From NCBI GenBank assembly GCA_964057225.1, contig OZ059896.1, positions 15,872,001 through 15,936,000 on the forward strand: DNA of 64,000 nucleotides, read 5' to 3'. The notes under the pieces are model-generated. The model had not been told where the DNA came from and did not search any database. It saw only the letters and a program-made list of their open reading frames with translations. The DNA comes from Auanema rhodensis (taxonomy: Eukaryota; Animalia; Nematoda). The translations under genes and the position numbers were made by a program. How positions within the stretch are numbered: the first letter of the stretch is position 1; every line of letters starts with the position of its first letter. Positions 10,136 through 23,562 of this stretch are shown in pieces.

Positions 10136-13100
10136 ATGAATAACCTAACAGCGGACTTTGATAACTATGCAAGTTACCATGAAAGTGATGGGTATGTGAT
10201 ACATATAGTTACTGGATTCCTAGACTATACGAAAATTTTTAATCTTGTCAATGTTGCGTTGTAGGAGGATTAATTATTATATATCCCCGAGTGTGCTTTC
10301 CTTAGCAACCTAGTCTTGGTTACGTACAAACCAAAGTCGTACTTTCAGTGAACACATGGATGAAGGCAATAAAACTTTGGAGAATATGCCCCCAGTAGAG
10401 GATGCTATTCCAGCTCCTCGTTATTCCTTATCTCAACCCGACTTACGTAAGCGTAAGTAGTTTCAGAATGGGTATCTCAGTTTGTTATGTTTAGGCCCAC
10501 GCAATCAACAGCTTGAGAAGATTCCTATTCTGGCAACTTTCGAAGAAAACAAACGATTGAGCAGGGAGAATTTTATTCTGAATGTAAGAAATATATATTT
10601 TTTTCCTTCAAAAATAATGCTTTATTTGTATTTAGTCGAAGTTAAAAGATGCAACATATAGGGAACGTGAACTTAGAGATCAATTGCCACGTGAAGTAGA
10701 TTCAATAATGGATGAGGTTTCACGCCTATTTCATTGCTATTTTTTATTTTTGTATTAGTTTTTCACACTTCAATTAGGAAGACAAGAATTTGAGAGAAAA
10801 TATGCTGAGTTGTCAACAGTCACCGATCGCGCCGACAAGGCCGAGGAACTTGCTAGGAATGCAGAAGAACGTGCTGAACGTGCTGAGCTATTGCTTGCAG
10901 AATATGAAGAAAGAGAAAACATAGAATATAATAAGCTCAATCAGGAAAATGAAAAAGTATGTTGTTTTTACAAATCATGCTAATTCATGTTTTTTAAAGC
11001 TTCGTGCACGCATTGTGGAACTTGAAGAAGTGAACTGCGGAAACGATGATTGGACATTGGCCTCTAGTGCAGGCGATCAGTAATATTATGAATATTATGA
11101 TTTAGTTATTATACATGCGATCTTTAGTGCTCTGGAGGAGATAACTGAGGAACTTGAACGATGCAAACAAGATTGCCAAGAATTGACCACGAAAAATAAT
11201 GAACTTGAAGTTATTATCAGCCAATTAAAGGACGATTTAGAAAAAAATACTAACAAGGTTTTTTTTTTCCAAACTTGATGCGTTTTATGATATCAAGTTT
11301 ATTTAGACTTTTATGCTAGGAGTTCCTGAGAATCCTGCAGTACTTCTAGAAAGAATTAAGAATCTGGAAGAGGAGAGTTTAAAGAAGGAAGATAATTACT
11401 CTGCTGTGATTAAGGTTTAAACAAATATTTGAATGAAAGATAATTTAATTCATTCAGACTTACATGAAAAAGGTTACTAAATTAGAAAGAGCTCTATCAA
11501 AAGTAGAGGGTAGCTTTGATATAACACCAAACTTGACCTTCACAGCAACTGATAAGGGCAAACTGGACAAATGCGTAGGATTTACATATTTTTTTATTTT
11601 AATTTTTCTGGTTTATTAGGTTAAATCATTAATGAACGAGCTTACAAGTGCTAGAAGTCAAAACCAAGAATTACGCAAGCAATGTGCTGCTTTATCTGGA
11701 GGTGTTCTTGACATCAGCACCCTATGTGATGACAATGTTCGACAAAAGTTGGTTGATTTATCACAAAATGTTAGTCCTTCTGAGGAATCTGGAGAAGATT
11801 ATAATGAAAATGTAAGATCATTTCAACAAAAAATATGGCTCTATTAAATTGTTTTTTAGATCAGACGAGTTGTTGAAGAATGTGATGAAATATTCCAAAA
11901 GCTTGAACAACAAGGTTTGCTTGATCTCAGCACCAGATCGAGCAGCATGCCTGTTTTGGAGGCTATGAACAACGAAGTTGCTGATTCCGATGGATGTGAT
12001 GTGCTTCAAGATTTGCATGTCGATGGGCAGAAGCAAAAATTCGACATTTCAGTGGATAAATCACAAGTAGAAGATCTCAATATGTCAGAGCTAGCTGCAG
12101 TAAGCTTTGTTTTTTATTTAATCGTCATTATAAGTTTAATATGTCAGATGAATCAATCTATTAACAACATACTGTACCATTCTCTTAATACTTCTGCTGA
12201 AATCGGAGAAACTAGAGTGAGCATTTGTAGTTTTTCTTTTTTAAAAGTTATTTTTAGGTTAAACTTGCTAGTGTTCGTGCATTAATTTCTAATATGTTCA
12301 ATCGTTTGAAAGGCTCTGCAGCTTTATTCGAAGAAATTATTGAATATGTGAGTAAGCTTTTAAAATGTTTGATTTGATCAAGTTTAGTTATCCGAGGGTG
12401 ATGAGGCCAATAGGGAACTTGCTGACAAAATCAGCAAGATGTCTTTGGAATGGTCCAAAGCTCGCCAAGATGCCGAGGATGTTTCCAACGTCATCGACTG
12501 TATGTTAATTAAATCAATTTTTTTGCAACGTTTATGTTTAGATGCTGACAACAGTGTTGCTCATCTTCAAACGCAACTTTCTGTTTTGGAAAATTCTTTG
12601 AATGAATCGTCCTTCATCTTCGAAGCAAGTAGACGCGTGACTTTGAACCGAACGGGAGGTGCTGATCTGAACTTGAGTCGCAATTGTAAGGCATTAGGTC
12701 AATCAACATTTTATAAGAATACACTTTCAGTGCATGTGTCTGTTCTCGAGAATCAGAATCTAGCTTCTGCTCATAATGAGCTCGTCAGTCTCAGAGATAA
12801 ATACGATGAAGCAGTTAAGACTATTGAAACCCTGAACGAGTTGATAACTGCTCTGAAGGAAGATAAGGCAAATGTAGGGCTTTAAAGATATGTTAATTGA
12901 GTATTATCTTTCAATTTAAGCTTACTTCAAACCTCGCAATGGCCAACTCGAGCGTCGATGTTATCAGAAAGCATTTGAATGAACTTGAACTTGCTAATAG
13001 CAATCTTCAATCAGAAAAGGATGAGTTCAGTGCTCTTTGTGCAGGGTATCAACAGAACTCTAAGCACATTACATCGAGATTAGAGGTATTCTACTTCTTT

Positions 13101-14847
13101 ATGGAAACTGAATTATACTATAATGCTCCTTTAAGAATATCCAAATGGAAAACGAATCACTTCGTGATCGGTTATTGAGTTTGGAAACTCTTAATACTAA
13201 CCTAAATTCTGATATCGCTCAATATAAAGAGATGGAAGAACAATTGAAGGGACAAATGCAAGCTATTGAGGAAGAAGTAACTTTTTATCATTTTCTTATG
13301 CACCTCATTTATAACTTATAGAAGCTAGAGCTAATAGAAAACCTCAATGATTTCCGTAAAGAGCTTGAACACTACAAACATACTGTTGAAGCCAAAACAT
13401 CAGCAAACACAAAGTTGAAGGAAGAATACAGCGAGTTAAAGGTATTGCGGAAGTTCTAACCTTAAACTTCTTATTTTCTTCTTTTAGGTGGAAGTTGAAC
13501 AAGTTTCCAGAGAATTAACCAAAGCCAAGGATGTTCTTCATTCATTCGAAAAAGATATGGAAAAACAACGTCGCTATTTCGAGGAAGAAATTCGTGCCCA
13601 AACTGAAATTGCCCAAGCTGCTCGAGACAATGTAAAATTAAATTTTAATCCGACCGTATTATCGAAAAATCGTTCAGGCTAATGACCTTGCTCAACAGAT
13701 GATGGAGAAAGAACATTCGTTGATAGGCGATAGGCAAAGCAAATTTGGTCTCATTGTCGGTAATGATGAACGTCTTTCCCTTATTAACAAAAGCGACCAA
13801 GTAAATACACTTTCCCCTCATTCATCCATCGAACGTTTTTTTTTGTAGAAAACCAGGGCTTCTCAAACTGATGATGATGGATTGGCTGAAATAGCTACTG
13901 AATACTTAAATTTGTATATTAGATTGGCAACATCTGTTAGAACATATCTCGGCTTTGGAGATCGTAAATATGAAACTGAGCCAGAAGGGTAAGAAAAATG
14001 CGATTCTTCATAAATAATCTTTTGAGTCTTCAGCAATCAACATCATTTGGAAGTCGATTTAGTTGAGATGGAAGACAAACTTAAAGCTTACTGTAAACAG
14101 TATGAAGAGAATGTGGATAAACTATCTCGTGCTACTGATAAGCTTATGGAAATTGGAGACATTAACGATACTAATAATCAAGGAGCCAACATAAGTGACA
14201 TTCCTCATTACCAAAAGACTAAAATTGAAGAAGGCCGTCGTGTGTCACCATTAAAGCAACTGTTATATGCTCTTACTATGCAATCCGTAGATTTGGTTCA
14301 AAATGTGAAACTCCTTCACAAGCATTTGGTTTGATTCCTTTGCATTTAAATCATTTTGCATTGCATTTAGGATACCCCCAAAAGAGGAGAAATCGCTCTG
14401 AAATTGCTTAGTGATGCTCGCAATTTAAGAAATCAATTAAATGATAACTATGCTTGTTTCCAAACTAAAGACAAAGAAAATGACACCAGTTTGATATCTC
14501 ATAATGAAGTAGTTCAGAAGGTTTTTTTTATCTTGTAATCGTCATTGCCTTAATTGAAATATTTAGCTCGATCATGCTGAGAAGGTTAATGCTGTCCTAT
14601 TTGCCGGCTTAAAACAAGCTAATGACAAACTAATTGAATTGGAGAAAGTTGTCGTGAGTCTTTCTAATTAAATTTCCAAAGTTCGAAAAATGATTTTCAG
14701 CCTAAGAGTAATAAAGCAGTGATTGAAAAAATCTCCAAAGAGATGGAAAATATCGCTAAAGTCATGGGATCAGCTCAGATGTCTTCTAAGAATCTCTCAC
14801 TAACTCGCAAGCCTGTAATGAAGCCTATTACGAAGAACACTATGTAA
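10136..14847 (+). CDS. spd-5: Centrosome PCM scaffold SPD-5 (long coiled coil, many short exons)
   Basis: Colinear matches to C. elegans SPD-5 as recalled: PRYSLSQP, KIPILATFEENKRL (CM1-like), IMDEFFTLQLG, TFMLG, YMKKVTKLE, NQELRKQCAALSGG, MFNRLKGSAALFEEIIE, LSVLENS..EASRRVT, SPLKQLLYALTM. Confidence 0.9.
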
Positions 14848-15315
14848 CTCATGTTCCAAATGATGCTCAGTTTAAGCAGAACTGCACAATTGTAGATATT
14901 TTTCCAAACTTACTTTCTTTTTTAAAATCGATAAAACTTTTAATCACATAAATGAATTAATGCAAGATTTACCGCCTACTTTTACTAATTTTCTATATGT
15001 GTCCTCTCTTCTAAAGGAAACCGAATAAGTTTCTGTTCCATCTCCTTTCCTTTTTTTATTTGGTTTGTTTAGTTGTTTTCTTCATGTAATTGATCGCCGG
15101 CAATGCGTTGTCGTTCTTGATGAATAGTTTGAGAGGAGGGAAGGATAGAATCAGATTAATTGGATTTATCCCCTTGGTTTAATGATGTTTCAGATTGGAA
15201 ATATTGCCTAGATTTCTTTAAAGGTTTGCTCCTGAAATGATTAAACCATTCGATTCATTACGTGCTCTCACTATTTAATCTCATGAAGTTTGGAATCGGG
15301 AATTCTGATTTCAGA

Positions 15316-16478
15316 ATGCCCTTAACGTCCATTCTGTTTATCAGCACAACACTGTTGCTAATTGTTATAGTTCTGATTAATATTTTCATGGGCTGGATAA
15401 TACTACGAAGATGGAACTATTTCAAATGTTCTTTCTTCAGAATTTATTTAGTTACTACGGCTGTGGTTCGTAGTTTTTGTATCTGACGGCTTTCTCTTAT
15501 CAGCATTGTTTTCAGAATATCGTCAGTATTGCAGTACAGTTTCCAGCATATCGTCTACCGTTCCACACATGCCAAGATTGTTTTTTGTCATTTTTTTTTC
15601 AAAATAAGCATTTCATTGGATTGGAAATTATCAACTTTCTCTATGTTCATTGTGCCATAATTCAATATAATTTATGCTTGTTGCTATCATTCAATAGAGT
15701 TTATACTCTTTATAACCCATCATCTTGTGAAAAGGTGAAACATTTCTCACCTGTCTATCTTAATTGCATTCTTTTTTACTTCTGAATTTCAGAAATGGAG
15801 ACATATGTTTCTGATATTTATTCTGCTAGCCTTGTTTGCGCCACTGATCATAGACTATCCTATGTTAATATCTGAATCATTTTATCAGTATGTGGAAATA
15901 TTGGATAAATATCAGACGAGATCAACAGCGGTTTTTGAATAAATATCCTTTTATAGTTTTCATATATTTTTCAATTTTCAGTATTCCAATGAACTATTTA
16001 ATGGAATTATCATATACAGCGCCATAATAACTTTTATTAATTTCATTCTTAATGTTCTGTTGGGATTTTATCTGTTCTCGGTCATTAAGCTTTACTTTTG
16101 GTTACATATAACATGCTGTATTTCTATTTTAGAAACGTCATCGTCAAATCAAAAGATCAGAAAAACAACTCTGTATAATGACAATTGCTTTATTCATACT
16201 GCAAGTTTTGAGTTTACTTCGTTTGGTAAGCAGCTTGAGCAACCTTTTCAAAGCGTTAAAGCAATACGCTCTTACAGATTCTCTGTAATGTATACAACGA
16301 TCATGAAGAACGATATTCGTTCGTTAATCAGTTGTTAGTGTATTTGGAACCGTTTTTTCTCGATCTCATGGTTTCATTTCCTCCCATCATTCTTGTTTCA
16401 TGCAACAGGATAATTCAACATCAAATTTGTGATGTTTTACTTCGAAATGATAAAGTTCAGTTATTCGTAATGGTTTAA
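15316..16478 (+). CDS. Serpentine chemoreceptor, Srg (class gamma)-like 7TM
   Basis: Seven hydrophobic segments; FKCSFFRIY, RLPFHTCQDC, LLLSFNR...KW, EKQL, PFFLD...P.IL..CN motifs typical of the Srg family. Confidence 0.82.
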
Positions 16479-19400
16479 AAAAGCATTTCGTTTCTCTTAA
16501 AACAAAAGAAATGAAAATTTGATTCATTTATACATTAGTTTCATTATATTTTCAGACATGTTTCATAATTTTTTTTCTTTAATTTAGAGTCAGTTATCGG
16601 GTATTATTGATAATTTAATTAATATTATAATTTGTACAAATATTTTCTTACCTTTTACAATATATCATCATAAAGAAAAAAAAAAGAATTATTTTTGCAC
16701 GTAGTACTTTATACCGTCATAGATGATTGAGACTAAACATCTCTTATTGTAGTATAGACTAGCATAAGCAAACTTCAAAAAAAAAAACAATGTTTTGAAT
16801 GGGAAAACATTGTTGAAAATATAGTTTTCTGTTAGTCACTTCTGAAACTTAATGTATAAACATGTCCAGTTTCATTTGCCTTTTGCGTCTCTACATATTC
16901 ATTTGCTTTAATTGATTTTATAAATTCATCTTCTGGTTTTGTTCTAATTCTAATTAATTTGAATAAACTTTGTCCTTTATTTTGATGTACATGCACGCAC
17001 GTGAATAACACGTAAAAATGGTTGCATGTGTCAATTAGCATATTTGCATTTTTCATTATCTTGACGTCGATGAACGGTTGCACTCAACAGCTCTTAACGA
17101 TTTCTAGAAAACTCAGGTATTTTTAAATTTTTTTTTATAATTTTCTGTTCAAATAATTGTTTATCTCAATGTTGTTTTAAATTTTTTTGTTTTGTTCTTT
17201 TACCGACTGGTGCTTTAGCCTGTTCCATTTCTGCAATTCATTGATAGGCCATCAGGTGTTTACGCAGTGGCCATCATCACTCAACAATCAGTGGCGAAGT
17301 TAGAAAGGAAATTCCAGCGCTATTTGGACTTCCCTTCTCTCTTTCACTCGTTCCCTCGTTTGCTCTCTATTTTTCTCTCTGTATCATCTTCTCTCTATCA
17401 TTGCCTCTCTTCTGTACCTATTATCTCTCTTTTTGTACATACCCTCGTATACGTATAGCCTTGAATGTCCTTTCTCTTCTTTTGCATCTACACTTCTCTA
17501 CTTATTCTTGGATATAAAACAAATACAACGCTAACTTATGCGTAAGTTCTTTCTGTTATACGTTAAGATTATTATGAATTTACTTATGTTGCTCTTTCTC
17601 TCTCTCTCACTAATTCTTTACCATTTCTTTCTCTGTTGTTCCTCACCGTTCAGCCTCTTTTCTTGTACAGAGCCATCTTAATAACTTTCTTCTTCACTGC
17701 TCTCTTGTTAGGGGGTTATGATTTTTGTTGTTGTAATATGTTAGATCTCATATGTATATATAAGCAAAAACTTTAAAGTTACAATTTTCTATTCTCTATA
17801 CTCTATCCTACCAGCAAAGATTCGCTTGAAAATTAACTCGAAACTAGTCAAAACTTTCCATTTTTCATTTTTTTTACATCCCCACCGAAGTTATTAGGAA
17901 CATAATGTAAATTTGTTGTGGATGTCCACTTTCACACACATTTTCCTCATTCCGTGATTTTCTTCTCGCCTTTTTTCTCTTGTATTCTCATCTTCTCCTT
18001 TTCTCTCTCTCTCTGTCTATATGCATCCACAATCCATACGTACGTCTCATTTGAACTTTGTTTGTCTAGGTTGGGGTCATACATGAAAACCATTCGAAAG
18101 ACCTACTTGTGTGTTAGAATTTTCGTGAAATTTTAATAAGCCATCATCTACATACACACACACACACACACACACATACACAGAGAATTTGATCACGTTT
18201 CGTGTCATATTCGTCGTAAATGACCAACCTTTATCTATATTAGATCCATGCTTTATACCTCAGAATCAGGTTAATTTCTTTTGAAACAGAAGAAAAAAAT
18301 ATTTATGCTTTTTATACTGTTTTCGAAAAGGTTCTTCACTTCTTTCGTCTTGTCCTCATTTGTGTTGTGAGATGAACAGTAGCGTAGTGCTACATCTTGA
18401 TCGCTCATCGCTTTCATAGCTCATCTTTCATCTATATGGATCGCTCATTTCTTAACCGTCAGCTCTATTATTCTTTTTTTCTTTTTCTCAACTTCATCTT
18501 CTACTGAATTTTTATACGTGAAGCCACAAAAAAAATTGCCGCAAGACATTATGTGGTGAAGGATTTAAAAAAAAACCCGAAGAACAGGTCTTGTTTGAAA
18601 TGGTATCAGCCCCCGTTCACTAGAACTCAAGTGGACTGACGATCTTCGGGAACTGTCCTCTTCACACCCTTTTTATGAATTTTCTAACCTTCTGATTTAG
18701 AACGTATTTCAAGTTCTACTTTACTAATTCAGGTATTTTGTAAGTTGTATGCTCATATTATCCTGTATTTCAACTTAAGCTTATTTTCATTTCTTCCACT
18801 TTGCTCTAAGGCCTTGTTCTCTTTTAAAACTTGAAAATCACATTATACATTATACTTTCTATAACCACAACGTCACAACATCTTGATTCTGCGTAAATGA
18901 TTATTCATCATAATCATCTGTTAATAGTTGGCTCGTTCATGCCCGTTATAAGCCTAAGCTGCTTGTAGAACTAGCTGGTGTTTTCACTGTTCCGGTTAGG
19001 TTTGCACATTTGTCCTTACAGCTTTCTTAGATTCTATTTGCTATTTCTCAATAATTGAAAAAATAAGTTTTTTCTTTAATTGTTCTTCTTCACAGTCTAT
19101 GTGTGGATTATCCAAACGTCGTACGATAGTCATAAAACTTTATGAGAATATGCTCTAAAAAGTTCAATTTCCTCTCTAAAATCTGATCTCTTGTCTCTTT
19201 GAATCCATACATCAACAATTTCTTTGTCTTGCTCTCACAGATTGAAACTTAATGTTCAATATCTTCAATTGCTTTAATAATGCCATTTCGTCCACTGTTG
19301 CAAACTTGATATAACAATATAGATTATTTGAGCATTTTCGCTCCGTCTCTGTCAACTGTCAATATTCTTCTAAAATCTGCATAACTTGGACAGTTTCGTG

Positions 19401-21427
19401 TTTATTCTGAAGGCTTTCGTCTTGCGTCGTCGGACAGTTTCCGGCTTTTCCATCGTCCTTTCGTAATCTGTTGTCTAATCCTGGCCTGTTCGTTCCACCA
19501 CGTCCTCCACCGTTGGTCATCAGCTACATCGGGCAGCGTTGTGACGGCCATCATGACCACCGCATCGACCAATGAAGTCGAGGTTGATGATGCTATAACT
19601 GCCTTGCCTTTCATGTGCTGAATGCTGATGCTACAGCTTCTGTTGATGTAGTTTTGGTGATTCTGATTGTAGTAGACGAATGAAAGAACAATTTAATGGC
19701 TCTTTGCGGCTATTTTAATCTTTCTTTTTTTCTTTTTCATCATGATTCGTCTCAAATCATGTTCAAGCCAGCTGATTGTCAGAGACATTATTCGATGTCC
19801 GCTTGATTCATCTTTATTTTTTCCTTTTAAAACATGCTTCATCTTCATGTATCACAATCACATGTTTTTCTTCATTAATTTAAGACATGGATATTAATCT
19901 ATTTGATAAGTTATAGCCTTGTTCAAGCTTCACTATGATTAATCTCCAAACTCCAAATTGAATAACATAGTTGATACATATGCCTTACTAATTTCCTATC
20001 GTATTTTAATTTTCTATTTTACCTTTTACCATTTCTAAGCCCCTGTCTTTATCTCTCTTTCTCTCTCTCTCTTTCTCTCTCTCTTTTTCTCCCTCTGCTT
20101 CTTCTTCTTTTTTCCCCTCTCTCATTCTTAGTATCTCTCTATCCCTCAACTCTATTCTCCCTTTTTTACCTCTTCCCATACATTTCTCTTCCTCATTCGA
20201 CCAGTTTGCCCAATTGTTATTCTCATAAATATTACCACTTTTCAGCTTTTTCTTAACGTTTATACAGCCTAACTCAATAAAAACTTTACTTTGAGATCAA
20301 CAAACTTACTGACCGTATAGAATTACCTTTTTCGATGTCCGATAGTCTTCTGTCTGTCAACCAACCTTCGATCTATCCGTTATTCAAGCTCGTATACTTC
20401 CGTCTATCTCATTCATTTGTCCGTTCATCTCTATGCCTTACTCTGATTTACAGAGCTTGTTCAACAATTACAATAATATTTCTTTTTGAGATAGATCGTG
20501 TCAGAATCTTATTCTTCTGTATTTGACTGTATAATTTGATTCTCTTCTCTGCATATCGCAATTGGATTCGAGCAGAACCTTGCAATTCTCCCACTTCAGA
20601 TTCATTGTTCGTACATTCTCATCGGACATCTTGTCTTGCAAATGTTTCCTATCAATTCTCAATCAAAAATATTTCTTTTGAGATATTTGAGCACGAAGAA
20701 TCTCACGTATGAGCAGATTCTACCAACTTTACTCATCACTTTTTCCTCCTTACCATATTTGCTCATCTAGTCGTGCTTCATTGCCAATTCTGTATTAACA
20801 ATAGGCGATTTGTTTGTCAAGCGGATGTCTTTGGGTCATCACGTCTTGTTGTATTCCTTGAAAATTTAATTATTTTTTCCCGAAAATATAAAGAAATATT
20901 CATTTCTTTCTCTTAACCAACCTTTTCCAACATATCCTAACATCGAATGACCCTCACATTCTTCACCAATTATCTAAATTTGTCAATTTCTCATCTGCAT
21001 ATTCAACGACCTGTGTAATTTAACTGTAAAATAGGAGGAAAGCAATTGGAAAAGAGTCACAATTCACGTGTACATCAGCATTGGATTAAATCTAATTATG
21101 GGAAAATCGCTATAGAACAATGCTATCGACATGTTCTTTCTATAAACTTGCCTTGAGGCGATTTGATTCTTTTTTTTTTTCTTTCTGTGACTGACCAACT
21201 AACTGACAACGACAGCGACAAGAATTAGCCTTCTCTCACGACGACTACGATGACTAGCGATTGAAACTATTTTGTGTATAAGGTCATAAACGAGCTCGTG
21301 GTGTTTAATGGAATTTTGATTGTTTTGTATTGGAAAATTTTGAAATTCTCTTTTTCTCTTTTTGTAGGCCATACATGCATGTAGGTATACATAGTATATA
21401 GTGCTTATAAGAAATAAAAACCATTAT

Positions 21428-21470
21428 TTCTCTCTCTCTCTCCCTCTTTCTCTCTTCCTCTCTCTTTCTC

Positions 21471-21522
<52 letters not shown>
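21428..21522. repeat. (TC)n microsatellite, representative of many (e.g. ~22866, 25405, 27074, 37984, 39021, 41040, 42615, 43443, 45257, 51098, 62918)
   Basis: Near-pure CT/GA dinucleotide tracts; they produce the LSLSLS/RERERE pseudo-ORFs in the ORF track. Confidence 0.95.
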
Positions 21523-21527
<5 letters not shown>

Positions 21528-22866
21528 GTTTCTACTCATCATCATATCCTTGTAACAATCCGTAAAGGTATCATTTGAAGTATCCGCCTATTCTTCTCCA
21601 GATTATGGCTTTCGTTGTTCTACAATCGATTTCTGATCGTCTTTTCATCATTAATTTAATGAGACGACAACGATGACGATGTCTCTCTGACTTCAGAAGA
21701 GATTGTTTGCGTATTAGAAGGTAGCCACAAGAAAATGGAGTTGCTGACGAAAGGTTATGGATGGAATCATCTACATCTCTCACGCGAACTCACTATTCCC
21801 TTCTTCCAGTTCTTTGATTTCAATTTCAATTTTTCTTTTCTTTATTTCAAATGCATTTTTTTTCTTTTCTTACCTCAAAATTTAATTTTCAATGTGAAAA
21901 TGGTTATGAACTTTACATTTTTTTTGATGATAACCTTCTCTTCATAATTTACCACCAAAAACCATTATGAAGGTGCACGTGGGTTTGTTCAACGTCCTTG
22001 TTCTTTCTTCTTCCTGTTTTTTCTAAAACTTTTTTTTCTTTCTCGTAAGAAAAAGGAATTATATTTGAAGTATAAATGATTTCCTATTTTCACTTAATTC
22101 TTAAAAAAACCCAAAATAAACAGATGACTGATGAAAGTACATCTTCATCAGCAACAGCAGCAACAACAACAGCAACAGTAGCAGCATTATCATCATCCAC
22201 TATTCTTTTTCTTATTAAGTCTGATTTATCCAGTTCGTCTTCTGACCGGCTTTTACCATCCATATCTCTAAGCCTAATATGAATTTTTCTTTATTCTTAT
22301 CAGTCATCTTAGAAAAACATACTAAAACAATGTTTTCATTTTACTTTCTCACAATACATTATCTTCCACGTTTTTCTATGAATTTGTTTTCTGATTTGAA
22401 TATTTTTTGTTTAATTTCTTATCTATTTACTATTATTTAATCAATTTTTTTATAAAATTATGTTCAATGTGTATGTTTTTGGGTATTTTCTTTCGAACAT
22501 TGTATGGTTTGTACTCAATGACCCACTTTTTCATAATGTAATGCTGATGATGAAATTCCTGGCACATATACTTGAGTTATTTCAAAATTTTTGAACTTCT
22601 TTCTCTTAAATTTCCTTTCCTCTTCTTTCTGTTCCAGTCAAGCAAAAATTTATTTGGCTCATTGAATGATTCTCTCATGAATAGTATGATATGGACATGA
22701 AATCCGATTTAACCTTCACTTCAATGTTCTATTGACTACAAGTTACTGCGGAATACCGATTGTGTTCGTGAACTGATTTGGCGCATTTTTTTTCTGCCGG
22801 AAAATCAGAAATGTATAGATTTGAAAAGAAGGAAGTATCTATGTCTCACATTAGAGATAAACCTAA

Positions 22867-22920
<54 letters not shown>

Positions 22921-23562
22921 TGGTATACTTTGTGAGAGAGAGGGAGAAGGGGTAGAAGAGAAATTCATGTAAATGTTTATATGAATATATGAAGAGATCA
23001 ATAGAAAATAAGCTTTATCCTATAGATGGATCATTTATTACGGATATGAATATCTTCATACAGCCAATTGTATTCAGTTTTACCATACATGGTTGGTCTT
23101 CTGGGTCACACGCAAGCCGGATAGAACACAGGATTTGTGACTTTGATCTACCCTTTTCAAATGTTGTCTTCAGACAGATCTGCAGCCCAAGTCTGTAATT
23201 ATTTGGACGAGATAGAACTACCTAGCTAATACCAGTAGTAGTAGTACTAATAGGTATAGTAGTATTAGTAGGCTAATGCCAGGTAGTAAGAGTAAGAGTT
23301 TGAGAGGGAAAATATTTTTTTTTTTTTGAGAAATATCGTATTTTCTCTTATTCGATTAACATAGTAAGTGCGTTCTAAGTATTTGAATTATTGAAATGAA
23401 ATAGATTTCTAAGTTTTAAGCATAATGTTGTAGAATATGCTGATTAATAAACTTTACAATTCAAATAATTTCGATGATGATTGAGGCTTAAGATTCAGAA
23501 GGTTGATGTCCATTTTCATAGTTTCAGATGAAAATAGATTGACAGAACAGCTTTTGCTATGT

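Noticed and set aside
19402-19620. GC-richer patch open in several frames, possibly a kinase 5' exon
   Set aside because: No convincing start, splice sites or phase link to downstream exons.
18949-22277. Telomere-template-like TAAGCCTAAGC (18949) and CTAAGCCTAA (22268) as telomerase RNA or DNA-elimination break sites
   Set aside because: Fewer than two repeat units, roughly expected by chance in 64 kb, and no supporting H/ACA structure or array seen.
22123-22282. MTDESTSSSATAATTT ORF / CAG-CAA repeat
   Set aside because: Trinucleotide low complexity with no usable donor; stops shortly after.
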